A stretch of DNA of 35,165 nt from Octopus bimaculoides (taxonomy: Eukaryota). Made by a program: the position numbers and the translations under genes. Within the stretch, counting starts at the first letter, position 1, and every line of letters begins with the position of its first letter. The DNA lies in the NCBI RefSeq assembly GCF_001194135.2, contig NC_069007.1, positions 12,300,097-12,335,261 of the forward strand, given 5' to 3'. Below are positions 10,827 through 21,730 of the stretch, piece by piece. The notes under the pieces were generated by a model. That model did not search any database. It was not told the DNA's origin and saw nothing but the letters and a program-made list of their open reading frames with translations.

Positions 10827-11171
10827 CAGAGGCGGACTGGGTCTAAAAATATTGGTTGCCAGGAGACTAAGGGTGCCCACGCACAACTACAAGGGGGTGG
10901 AGAGCCGCAGTTACAAGGGGCGGAGGGGCTGCCCGCAACTACAATGCTTTCATTTAATTTTTTCTTTTTGTTAAAAGTATTCTTTTCAACTGTTTACAAA
11001 CACAGCCAGGCTGAAATAATTAATGTGTCCTTCCAGGAGTGAATTAAAAAATTCCCAAACTTGAGGGGATGGGCCCCTTAAATACTAACATGGGCCCCCA
11101 TATATGGATTCTAATGGTGCAGGGACCCACTTGCCATCAGGCAAGCTGGTAACCTGGCCAGTCCAACGCTC
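10827..11171. mobile_element. hAT-type MITE, 345 bp
   Basis: Perfect 8-bp TSD CATACTTC (10819-10826, 11172-11179); 14-bp TIR CAGAGGCGGACTGG / CCAGTCCAACGCTC (10/14). Confidence 0.8.
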
Positions 11172-11230
11172 CATACTTCCCTTGTACATGCACACACATA
11201 CACACATATATTCACACAGAGTTGAAACAC

Positions 11231-11280
11231 TGACTTTTTTCACCCTTTCCCTCCTTGACTTTTTTCACCCTTTCCCTCCT
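11231..11280. repeat. Perfect 25-bp tandem duplication
   Basis: TGACTTTTTTCACCCTTTCCCTCCT twice. Confidence 0.95.
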
Positions 11281-11839
11281 TATTCATTCAGCACCCCTTC
11301 CTTTCTCTCATTGCTATTACTTTCCCTCACTCCCTCACAGTCAGGGCTATTACTCTCACTACGTCTCCTTCATTGAATTACTATTTTCCCTCCTCCTCCG
11401 CATCTGNNNNNNNNNNNNNNNNNNNNNNNNNNNNNNNNNNNNNNNNNNNNNNNNNNNNNNNNNNNNNNNNNNNNNNNNNNNNNNNNNNNNNNNNNNNNNN
11501 NNNNNNNNNNNNNNNNNNNNNNNNNNNNNNNNNNNNNNNNNNNNNNNNNNNNNNNNNNNNNNNNNNNNNNNNNNNNNNNNNNNNNNNNNNNNNNNNNNNN
11601 NNNNNNNNNNNNNNNNNNNNNNNNNNNNNNNNNNNNNNNNNNNNNNNNNNNNNNNNNNNNNNNNNNNNNNNNNNNNNNCATGATGTAATATTGATAAAGT
11701 TCTAGTCTTGTTTATCATATATACATACATATATATATATATATTTATATACATACACAAACACATATAGAGAGAATGAGATAGATCTATTGATAGTTTT
11801 ATGCATGCATCTGTCTACATATTTACACATATATACATT

Positions 11840-12165
11840 CATATCATCATCATCATCATCATCATCGTTTAACGTCCGCTTTCCATGCTAGCATGGGTTG
11901 GACGATTTGACTGAGGACTGGTGAAACCGGATGGCAACACCAGGCTCCAATCTGATTTGGCAGAGTTTCTACAGCTGGATGCCCTTCCTAATGCCAACCA
12001 CTCAGAGAGTGTAGTGGGTGCTTTTACGTGTCACCCGCACGAAAACGGCCACGCTCGAAATGGTGTCTTTTATGTGCCACCCGCACAAGCCAGTCCAGGG
12101 GCACTGGCAACGATCTCGCTCGAAAATCCTACGGGAGCCAGTCAGGCGGTACTGGTAACGGCAAC
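11840..12165 (-). mobile_element. Family A RTE-type 3' end
   Basis: (CAT)n-'cgtttaacgtccgctttccatgctagcatgggttggacg' is the reverse complement of the 22200-22263 tail. Confidence 0.9.
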
Positions 12166-12324
12166 GTATATATATATATATAATTACGATCATTGTTGTA
12201 ACATCCAATTTTCCATACTTGTATGTATATGTCGGTATATAATATCTGTGTGTGTGTGTGTGTGTGTGTATATACATGCATGTATATATACATACATATA
12301 TATATATATGTATATGTATATATG

Positions 12325-12357
<33 letters not shown>

Positions 12358-12759
12358 CCATCTATCTATAAAGTTGCTTGTTGTCATCTCTTGTCTTTCT
12401 TCCTTTATTGATTAATGTGTGTGTTATGTATGGGTGTAGACACCCGATGTGCGTGTGTGTGTGTTTGTATAGATTGTGAAAAGACTGTGTATGTGTGTGA
12501 GTGTGCGTGTGCACATGTGTGTAGGGTGGGGGGCAGGTATTTGTGCCAAAATACCAACAAAATCAATGCCAAAAAATAAACCCAAACAAAACAACTTTAA
12601 ATAATAGCAAAACTTTCAAAAGTTCCGTGAAAAACAATAAATACATCATAACAAATCTATGATTTTCCTAGAAATTTCGAACCCCCCCCTTTTCTACCAT
12701 GAACAAAACACCTCCAAACCCAAACACAGCCAAAACAAAACACAAAACGATTTTTCTTT

Positions 12760-12999
12760 TTAAGTTTTTGGTATTAAGATGACAAATGATGAATGAGGCA
12801 GCCAAGCTATAAATTCTGGTTCAATCTTGGGCCAGTCCCTGTTATTACAGCTATGAAAAATGACTTCTTCTACAGCTGTTGAAGTTAATGATTCTACATT
12901 GGCAGCACCGATGTCTTTGAGAATCTGATAACAGAAGATTTTTCGATCAAGATGCATGATAACTTCTCTACCTCGAAATATTGTTGTGTTTCCTTTCAA
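12760..12999 (-). CDS. Possible terminal coding exon, product unknown (weak)
   Basis: 80 open codons in unique sequence with A/T-ending codons (…QILKDIGAANVESLTSTAVEEVIFHSCNNRDWPKIEPEFIAWLPHSSFVILIPKT*). Internal acceptor-like sites; T-rich UTR-like sequence after the stop. No family recognised. Confidence 0.25.
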   Translation of the reverse strand: MKGNTTIFRGREVIMHLDRKIFCYQILKDIGAANVESLTSTAVEEVIFHSCNNRDWPKIEPEFIAWLPHSSFVILIPKT

Positions 13000-13149
13000 C
13001 TTTCAATTCTTTAAAAAAAATCCTAATTTTGTTTTTGTACATTTTTACAACATATTTTCTTGTCTCTCAAACCAAATTATTTTTTGGTTTTCTTTGTAGA
13101 AAAATGTTTCTACTTTTGCTATATTTGCATCAGACAAAGTGACTAGAAG

Positions 13150-13320
13150 CATTTCTTTCTGGCATTTTACATTCTTAGTTCAGATAGGGCTGAGGTCGTC
13201 TTTGCTTTCTATCCTTTCATAATCAATAATAAGGTACCAGTCATATACTGGGGTCAATGTAATCAATTAACCACACACTAAAATTGCTGACTTTGTGCCA
13301 AGTTTTGAAACAATTATTAC
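13150..13320 (+). mobile_element. Family B SINE, degenerate
   Basis: 'gaggtcgtctttgctttctatcctttc...aaggtaccagtcatatactggggtcaatgtaatc'. Confidence 0.7.
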
Positions 13321-13359
13321 AGAGGGTGACAGGTATTTGAGGGTATCTTTTTTTTTTTT

Positions 13360-13622
13360 TTCAGTCATTAGACTGTGGCCATGCTGGAGCACCACCTTTA
13401 GTCAAGCAAGTCGACCACAGGACTTATTCTTTGTAAGCCTAGTACTTATTCTATCGGTCACTTTTGCCAAACCGCTAAGTTACACGGACGTAAACACACC
13501 ANNNNNNNNNNNNNNNNNNNNNNNNNNNNNNNNNNNNNNNNNNNNNNNNNNNNNNNNNNNNNNNNNNNNNNNNNNNNNNNNNNNNNNNNNNNNNNNNNNN
13601 NNNNNNNNNNNNNNNNNNNNNN

Positions 13623-13667
<45 letters not shown>

Positions 13668-13821
13668 TACGACAGGCTTCTTTCGGTTTCTGTCTACCAA
13701 ATCCACTCACAAGGCCCGAGGCTATAGTAGAAGATACTTGCCCAAGGTGCCACGCAGTGGGACTGAACCCAGAATCATGTGGTTGGTAAGCAAGCTACTT
13801 ACCACACGACCACTCCTACTC

Positions 13822-13822
<1 letters not shown>
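13360..13822 (-). mobile_element. Family C SINE, near full length, spanning a gap
   Basis: Near identical to 9629-10076 on both sides of the N-run. Confidence 0.9.
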
Positions 13823-13852
<30 letters not shown>

Positions 13853-14089
13853 ATGATGGGCTTCTTTCAGTTTCCATCTACCAAATTTTCTCAAGGCTTT
13901 TCTTGACTCAAGGTTTGGTGAAAGATTTTAATTCAGAACTTCTGAAAACAAGACATTTGTACTCAGAGCCAGAGGCTGTTTCAGCCGGGTTGGTAATGAA
14001 GAGGTTAAAGTTAGAAAATAATGCATCACTAATTCAAAACAATGTGAATGAATAAGCATTACATTTGATAAATTCGAATACTAAAAAGT

Positions 14090-14242
14090 TAAATCCAGCA
14101 AGTTTGATGTTACATGATTGTAAAGATTCTTTGACATCCATTCTTTGGCTGCATTGGCTTCATGAGAAGGTGCTGAAGCTTGTTGGAGCACATATGGCCT
14201 TCCACTGTGTACTTCATCCATCCAGGGATTAACAATATTTGT
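14090..14242 (-). pseudogene. Tc1/mariner-superfamily transposase relic
   Basis: TNIVNPWMDEVHSGRPYVLQQASAPSHEANAAKEWMSKNLYNHVTSNLLDL resembles the PW....GRPYVFQQDSAPAH...QEW motif; the second catalytic D reads as A. Confidence 0.8.
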
Positions 14243-14281
14243 GCATCTTGAAAAAAATAAGCAAACATTTATAATTTAGTT

Positions 14282-15283
14282 CAGGGATTCTCAACCATTT
14301 TTTATCTATGGACTTTCTTTATTCTGGTGGATCCCCTCAATAGCCATTCGATGTTTAAACCTTTAGCACTTTAACCGGCCATATCTAGCCAAGATATTCT
14401 ACCTGTTTATGTTCATACCAGCCAGATCTGGCCTCTTACACCTACCCTATAATGTCATTCTAAAAATAATCAATTACATCATCAGAATATCAAAACTATG
14501 AGATAATGCATCATTAATTCAAAACAAGCATTATATTTGACCGAGTAATTTGAAAGCTAAAGGGTTAAAAACCTGTTTCATAGAAAAGTCTTTCAAAATT
14601 CCTATTTTGTTTTTCACACATTAACTTGGGTAGGTTGAATTATGTAAAATGTCAGAGAAAGAAGCCTAGTTGGTCCTTGCAATACATACCAATACATACA
14701 TCTGAAGCAAAATATTTTCAGGGGCCCTTAAAATACTATTGTAGGTTCTCAATTTACTATTTTGCTTGCATGGACCCTCTTTGATTACTATTTTATTCTG
14801 GTTGACCCCCATAGCCATTTGATGTTTAAAAACTAGTTTTATAGAAAATTCTTCCAAACTTCCTATTTAGTTTTTTCACCCATTAACTTCTGTAGGTTGA
14901 ACTATGGAAAATGTTAGAGAAAGAAGCCTAGCTGTTTCTTGCAATACATACATCTAAAGCAGGGATTCTCAACTATTTCTTATCTACAGGCCCCTTTGAT
15001 TACCACTTTATTCTGGTGGATCCCCATAGCCATTCAATGTTTAAAAACTAGTTTTATATAAACTTCTTTCAAAATTCCTATTTTGTTTTTCACACATTAA
15101 CTTGTGTTGGAAGAAACATGTCAAATGTCAGAAAGAAATCTCACTGTTCCTTACAATGCATAACCAATACAACCATCTAAACCAAAATTTTTCAGGGGGC
15201 TCTTAAAATACTATTGTAGATTCCCAATATACTATATTGTATGGACCCCCCAGGAGCCATATGAACCCTGCCTAGAACCACTG
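14282..15283. mobile_element. hAT-type non-autonomous element with internal head-to-tail triplication
   Basis: Perfect 8-bp TSD ATTTAGTT (14274-14281, 15284-15291); ends CAGGGATTCTCAAC / CTAGAACCACTG; block 'attctggtggatcccc.atagccattcaatgtttaaaaactagtttt' occurs three times. Confidence 0.85.
14359..14564. mobile_element. piggyBac-like TTAA MITE nested in the hAT element
   Basis: TTAA at 14355-14358 and 14565-14568; TIR ACCTTTAGC / GCTAAAGGG; removing it restores the host motif 'gatgtttaaaaac'. Confidence 0.8.
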
Positions 15284-15389
15284 ATTTAGTTGTACACACG
15301 AAGGATTAATGAAACTACATAAACAATAGCTTTTGAGATTTTTCTCTAAATTTTTTTACTTATGAAATACGCCAACAATTTTTTCCATT

Positions 15390-15475
15390 CCATACAAAGT
15401 GTGCCAATAATTTTCTTCCAGCATCTTCTGTGAAATGCACCAATAACTTCTGACTTCATCTTCGAAGCACCACCA
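15390..15475 (-). pseudogene. Short RTE ORF2 relic
   Basis: GASKMKSEVIGAFHRRCWKKIIG resembles the RTE motif 'L.AFH.RCLR.ILG'. Confidence 0.5.
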
Positions 15476-15539
15476 AGTCAAAAATACTGAGAGCCACTGA
15501 TGTAATACTTTATGCTTTCACCATCTCTCTTCCACTCAT

Positions 15540-15990
15540 TTTATTTCTCTCCTCTTCTCTCGTTCACTCTTTCCATCTCCTTTTTGTCCCACCTTATTTA
15601 TCTCAGACTACTCTCTCTCTCTCTCTCTCTCCATCTCCTCCTCCTCTCTTTTCCTATCTTTATTTGCACTTAACTCACACCATTTGTCTCTCCTTCCCTC
15701 TTCCCTCTGTTTTGTGTCTCTGCCGCCCTCTTCTCTCTCTTTCCTCCTCCTCTCTCTCTCTCTTTTCTTTCCTCTGCTCTCTCTTTTCTTTCCTCTGCTC
15801 TCTCTTTTCTCCTCTTCTCTCTCTTTTACCTCTGGTCTCTCTCTCTTTTCTCCTCCTCCCTCTCCTTTCTCCTCCCTCTATTTTCTCCTCCACCCCCTCT
15901 TTTTTCCTCCTCTCTCTCACTAAACTTATCCTCTTCTGTCTCTCTCTCTCCATCCTTCCCCTCTTTTCTAACACACACACACACCATTCC
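15540..15990. repeat. (CT)n / pyrimidine-rich low-complexity tract
   Basis: Visible. Confidence 0.95.
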
Positions 15991-16166
15991 ATACACCAGT
16001 CAACTCACAGCTGCCAAAACTGATTCAGATCAAAGACTAAAAAACAAATGGAGTCACTATTTTTGACAGGAAAAACCAGCAAGAATTTCTGTAGACAGAC
16101 CCCCTGGTTTCTTTCTCAAAGCAACTTGGTTCCATGTTCTACCAGACAAAAGAATATGGTAACATC

Positions 16167-16218
16167 ACCACATTGAACACTCACTGAAACAAACCACATT
16201 GAACACTCACTGAAACAA
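16167..16218. repeat. Perfect 26-bp tandem duplication
   Basis: ACCACATTGAACACTCACTGAAACAA twice. Confidence 0.95.
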
Positions 16219-16384
16219 CCGTCTCAAATGGGAATTAAGGAGATAACACAATGGGTCAGGGAGCTCTTAGAATGCAGGCAAATATTTACCCTGCATTGAA
16301 ATTTAAAACCCAAATGCTTCCCAGCCACATGATTCCGGGTTCAGAGGTTCTGTCCCATTGTATGGCAAGCGTCTTCTTCTATAG

Positions 16385-16450
16385 TTTTAAGAAAGGTGAG
16401 AGACATTTTTAGAAAGGGAGAGAGACAAGTTTTAGGAAGGGTGAGAGACA
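16385..16450. repeat. ~22-bp tandem, 3 copies (TTTTAGAAAGGGTGAGAGACA)
   Basis: Visible degenerate units. Confidence 0.8.
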
Positions 16451-16477
16451 GATTCGATGCCCGTTTCTTTTGAATAG

Positions 16478-16720
16478 TTAGTTACCAGGATGGAATTTTG
16501 GATTGGTGCATTGTTCTGGCGGAGGTGCTCTGGCCTTTTGCAATGAAATCTCTTCCTGAACTCTCCCAAAAACCTTCACAAAGTACTCTTTGTCGACTGT
16601 CTGATCAGAGGGAACGCAATGGGTGTAGATGATGCTGTTACTGTTGTAAAAGCGGATCATCATGAGATTTCCTGTGGACTTACTTTGGCCCCTTGGACTT
16701 GTTTGGCCCCTAGAACCAGC
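16478..16720 (-). pseudogene. mariner (DD34D-type) transposase relic
   Basis: QSKSTGNLMMIRFYNSNSIIYTHCVPSDQTVDKEYFVKVF / frameshift / EFRKRFHCKRPEHLRQNNAPIQNSILVT resembles mariner 'M...FFD..G.IY...VP.GQTVN..YY.EVL..F....RKRP...HQDNAP.H'. Confidence 0.85.
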
Positions 16721-16759
16721 AAAAACATGCTTAGCTCACACAAATTAATCCATAAGCAG

Positions 16760-17130
16760 TCTGCAGCATTTTCTTTTCTTTTTTTATTCAAGCAAATCAA
16801 CCCCAGGACTTATTCTTTGTAAGCCTAGTACTTATTCTATCTGTCTCTTTTGCCGAACCTCAAAGTTACAGGGATGTGAACACACCAGCATCAGTTGTAA
16901 AGCGATGGTGGGTGGGGGGGACAAACACAGATACACAAATACATACATATATATATATATATATATACATACGATGGGCTTCTTTCAGTTTTCACTTACC
17001 AATCTACTCACAAGGCATTGGTCGGCCTGAGGCTATACTAAAAGACACTTGCCCAAGGTGCCACGCAGTGGAACTGAACCCGGAACTATGTGGCTGGTAA
17101 GCAAGCTGCTTACCACACAGCCACTCCTAC
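16760..17130 (-). mobile_element. Family C SINE
   Basis: Homologous to 9629-10076. Confidence 0.9.
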
Positions 17131-17959
17131 ACATAAGTTTGTGTAACATTTTTACCAAGTTTAACACAAAACTTTATTACATAGCAAGCTTCTAAATTGT
17201 CTTCATGTCCTGGCTGTGTTCAGCAAACTACCATAGTTGACTATGGTAAGTGGTGTTTTGTAGGGCGTTACAGCTGAGTCCTTCTCACTATAATAACAAA
17301 AGTGGCAGGTCAGCTTATTAGATATATAGTAATGATATACTAAAATTACAATTATCTAGGGTAGTTCTAACTGCCTCTCCTAAAAAGTCTCAAACCTTCC
17401 AGAATGCAGTACTGGAGTCAATTCCTTTCACTAAAATCATTCAAAGTGATGCTCCAGCATGGCTGCAGACCAGTGATTGCAACAAGTAAAAGGTAAATAT
17501 TTTCCCATGTTGAAATTTGGAATTGGTCTCTGTTAAAATTCTTTAAAAAACACCCGTTTGGAATAGGGATAGGACAACTTCAGCCTTAATAGCAAATCAG
17601 TAATTTAATTAAGAATTATTTTCCACATTCCATCAGGGTATTTCAAATCATTATAATTATCTCATTAATTAATGTATATTTATATCATTTTAATTAATGT
17701 TGATTAACGTAACCACACACATACCCTATAAATTTATATAATTAGAGATTCATTACTTTTCTCAATATACTTGCAGACCTAACAGTTTCTTTCGTAGAAG
17801 CAATTTGTCCCTTGTATTCCTGCACCCTTGTCCCATGTTGCCAAAACTCCCTCAAATCAAGCAAACAACTGGGGTCAATGTAACTGACTTACCTCACCAA
17901 CCAAAACTGCTGGTCTTTTACTAAAACTTGAAACTGTTATTAATATTATTACTATTATT

Positions 17960-18166
17960 ATTATTATTATTATCATTATTGAGTGAGAGAGCTGTGTATG
18001 CTATCAAAATGACACTGGGGTAAAATATACGAAGCCCAGTATACCCATCATAACTACCCGTCAGATAAGGGTACACCAGGCACATGCATCACAACCATAT
18101 ATGCGTGACATGGTGATCTCATATCAAGATAAGCAGCACCTGACCTCCCAGGGGGAGCTCATTTGT
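17960..18166 (-). mobile_element. Unclassified retroposon 3' end with (TAA)n tail
   Basis: GC-richer block abutting an (ATT)n run: 'gagtgagagagc...gacactggggtaaaatatacgaagcccagtatacccatca'. Class not established. Confidence 0.45.
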
Positions 18167-18535
18167 TAGTATTATTAGTATTATTGTTGTTATTTACTTT
18201 TAATCTGCAAGTTTGTTACAATCACTTGCAAAGATACACCCAGCATCCTGGGGCAAGTGAAGGATAACAGATGTTACAGTATGACTGAAAATTTGAGATG
18301 GGGAAGTGGCAGGGGCAGTAGTGAAATATCTTCATGACATTTAAATTGATTAGGTTTTTCTAAGGATTTGGGCAATACTTGTCAGTACAATCTTTTGGAT
18401 TTCTCTGGGACATGGTTACCCTGGGATATTATCTAGATGTTTCTGACATCCCTTTTTTATCATACCTAGGGCACCTACAATAACAGGAACAATTCTTGCT
18501 TTAAGATGCCACATCTTTTGTATTTCAATTTCCAG
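18167..18535 (-). mobile_element. R4/Dong-like (restriction-like endonuclease) LINE 3' end, truncated by a gap
   Basis: LEIEIQKMWHLKARIVPVIVGALGMIKKGCQKHLDNIPG*PCPREIQKIVLTSIAQILRKT*SI* resembles the RLE-LINE C-terminus (EI..MW....VP...GALG; IQK..L...A.ILRK); AAT-rich tail. Confidence 0.8.
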
Positions 18536-19538
18536 NNNNNNNNNNNNNNNNNNNNNNNNNNNNNNNNNNNNNNNNNNNNNNNNNNNNNNNNNNNNNNNNN
18601 NNNNNNNNNNNNNNNNNNNNNNNNNNNNNNNNNNNNNNNNNNNNNNNNNNNNNNNNNNNNNNNNNNNNNNNNNNNNNNNNNNNNNNNNNNNNNNNNNNNN
18701 NNNNNNNNNNNNNNNNNNNNNNNNNNNNNNNNNNNNNNNNNNNNNNNNNNNNNNNNNNNNNNNNNNNNNNNNNNNNNNNNNNNNNNNNNNNNNNNNNNNN
18801 NNNNNNNNNNNNNNNNNNNNNNNNNNNNNNNNNNNNNNNNNNNNNNNNNNNNNNNNNNNNNNNNNNNNNNNNNNNNNNNNNNNNNNNNNNNNNNNNNNNN
18901 NNNNNNNNNNNNNNNNNNNNNNNNNNNNNNNNNNNNNNNNNNNNNNNNNNNNNNNNNNNNNNNNNNNNNNNNNNNNNNNNNNNNNNNNNNNNNNNNNNNN
19001 NNNNNNNNNNNNNNNNNNNNNNNNNNNNNNNNNNNNNNNNNNNNNNNNNNNNNNNNNNNNNNNNNNNNNNNNNNNNNNNNNNNNNNNNNNNNNNNNNNNN
19101 NNNNNNNNNNNNNNNNNNNNNNNNNNNNNNNNNNNNNNNNNNNNNNNNNNNNNNNNNNNNNNNNNNNNNNNNNNNNNNNNNNNNNNNNNNNNNNNNNNNN
19201 NNNNNNNNNNNNNNNNNNNNNNNNNNNNNNNNNNNNNNNNNNNNNNNNNNNNNNNNNNNNNNNNNNNNNNNNNNNNNNNNNNNNNNNNNNNNNNNNNNNN
19301 NNNNNNNNNNNNNNNNNNNNNNNNNNNNNNNNNNNNNNNNNNNNNNNNNNNNNNNNNNNNNNNNNNNNNNNNNNNNNNNNNNNNNNNNNNNNNNNNNNNN
19401 NNNNNNNNNNNNNNNNNNNNNNNNNNNNNNNNNNNNNNNNNNNNNNNNNNNNNNNNNNNNNNNNNNNNNNNNNNNNNNNNNNNNNNNNNNNNNNNNNNNN
19501 NNNNNNNNNNNNNNNNNNNNNNNNNNNNACTATTATTA

Positions 19539-19780
19539 AAGTGGTGAGTTGGCAAGGAGGTCATTAGCATGCTGGGCAAAATGCTTAGCGGCATTTCATC
19601 TGTCTACTCGTTCTGAGCTCAAATTGTGCCAAAGTAGACTTTGCATTTCATTCTTTCATTTTGTCTATAAATTAAGTGCCAGTTGAGCACCAGGGTCAAT
19701 ATAATTGACTTGCTCCTTCTCCTGAACTTGCTGGCCTTGTGCCAAAATTGGAAACCATTATTATTATTATTATTATTGCA
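19539..19780 (+). mobile_element. Family B SINE, full length, degenerate, (ATT)n tail
   Basis: 'aaagtggtgagttggcaag...gcaaaatgcttagcggcatttc...gtgccaaaattggaaaccattattatt'. Confidence 0.85.
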
Positions 19781-19919
19781 ATTTTAATTTTGACAGCCCA
19801 TTTACAAACCATTCGCAAAATGTAACGAATGTTTTCACAGTTTTTTTGATTTATCACAGTTTGTGAAAACAAAAAGAAAACTTGGCAAGATTACTCGGAC
19901 AGGCAGAAGACAGGCAAAC

Positions 19920-20210
19920 ATTATGATGGCAGGGGCAGTAGTGTTGGTTTGTGGTCAAGGTGGTGTTGATGATGGAGAGGATGATGATGATGATGATGAT
20001 GGTAATGAAGATGATGACGACGATAACAACTATGATGAAGATGATGATGATTATAATGGTGATGGTTATGATGATGATGATGATGATGACGATGTAGGTG
20101 GTGAAGAATTAATAATGATGGGGGTGGCAATGTTGAGGACGGTGATGATTACAACAACAATAAGGAGGAGGAAGATGATGAAGATAATGATGACAACGTC
20201 AAGGAGATGA
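19920..20210. repeat. (GAT)n field
   Basis: Visible; source of the poly-D ORF. Confidence 0.95.
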
Positions 20211-20374
20211 TTATATTGATATAAGATATACATCTCTCTCTTTCCTTCTCTCACGCTCTCTCCCCCCCCCTTTTTTTCTCTCGCCCCAATAGAATAGGAA
20301 TGGAATATAATTCAATATTCTGCTTTCTAAACCCTTCTTTCACAAGGAGCTCTCTCTTTCTCTANNNNNNNNNN

Positions 20375-20412
<38 letters not shown>

Positions 20413-20481
20413 CATTATTATCATTATTATTCTTATTCTTATTCTTAAGAAAGTGAGCTGGAAACCATGATTATTATTATT

Positions 20482-20745
20482 AAGGTGGTGAGCTGGCAGA
20501 ACCATTAGCATGCCAGGCAAAATGTATGCAGGCGTGGATGTGTGGTAAAAAGCTTGTTTACCAACTATATGGTTCCAGGTTCAATCCCACAGTGTAGTAC
20601 CTTGGGCAAGTGTCGTCTACTATAGCCTCAGCCTGACCAAAGCCTTGTGAGTGGATTTGGTAGATGGAAACTGAAAGCAGCTTGTCGGAAACTGAAAGAA
20701 GCTCCAGCATGGCCACAGTGAAATGACTGAAACAAATAAAAGAAA
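20482..20745 (+). mobile_element. Family B SINE head directly followed by an internally deleted family C SINE
   Basis: 'aaggtggtgagctggcagaaccattagcatgccaggcaaaat' then 'gtatgcaggcgtggatgtgtggtaaaaagcttg...ccttgggcaagtgtc'. Confidence 0.8.
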
Positions 20746-20959
20746 TATATATATATAGTGAAAAAGTTCGATGAAAACATTTTTGTCCTTGTGTTGAATT
20801 GTAGCGAAAAATATAAAAAGAAAGAAAATGTACAGAAATTTTATGTAGGACAAAATATATTTTTGCAAAATAAAATATTTACATAGTCGACCGGTTTCAG
20901 TTGTGCTAATCATCACTAAGAAGTTAGTGATTATGTTATACTTTCATGCTATTGTCCAT

Positions 20960-21160
20960 CCAACCATTTTTTTATGCCCACAATTTCTGGGACAGTCATG
21001 GGGGGATAGACTTCTCAGACACCTCGTCCATAGATTCCTATTGGAAGCAACTGTCATTAAATTCTTCAGCTGGATTCTCAAACATGACCAAGTGAGGTTA
21101 TGGATATTATCAAACCATCTCAGGTCTACCCAGGGATTGGCTTGCCTTGACAAATCCATC
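20960..21160 (-). pseudogene. RTE LINE ORF2 C-terminus (Expander/Rex3-like ending)
   Basis: LGRP / frameshift / RWFDNIHNLTWSCLRIQLKNLMTVASNRNLWTRCLRSLSP resembles 'GRPRTRW.D....L.W..LGI.PE.L..VA..R..W...LR.LPP'. Confidence 0.7.
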
Positions 21161-21289
21161 TTGTGATTTTTTTTTTTGTTTGTTTTTCTCATAGCATTCT
21201 AATCACTTGTTGAAAATATCAGAGCTGTGACCCCTCAGTTTGGAGAAGAAGCAGTTCAACCTGGAGAGACTCCTTGATCCCTAAGTTTT

Positions 21290-21636
21290 GTACCTTGTTG
21301 AGTAGGGGGGCTCCAAAAGGGTCTCAGGAGGTAGCATCCCTGCCTTCCTGAGCTAGTTTTCCACCACATTTCTTAAAAATCATGGTAGAGGCCTTGGTCT
21401 CGGGACCACTCATGTCTAGAAACTGAGATCGGTGGATAAGCAAGGACATGCTCCCCATAGAAAATCCAGCTCCAAAAACGCTTCATGATAGCAAAGGAGA
21501 ATGGGCACCAGCCAGCCCAAACGTTGGGGTGGTCTGTACCTGCTTGCCTCAGTTGCTATAGCATTGAGGTAGATCCAGCCACCCCTGTTAACGGGGACAA
21601 AACCCGGATTTAAAACACTGGATGATGATGATGATA
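21290..21636 (+). mobile_element. LINE-type 3' UTR with (GAT)n tail, distinct from family A
   Basis: GC-richer block ending 'aaaacccggatttaaaacactggatgatgatgatgat'. Confidence 0.5.
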
Positions 21637-21730
21637 AGTAGCATATGGTTGGAAAGCAAATTCTTTACCACACAGTCACGCATGAATATTTTATTTTTAC
21701 AAAGTGCAAAATCAAAAATTGAACCATATT

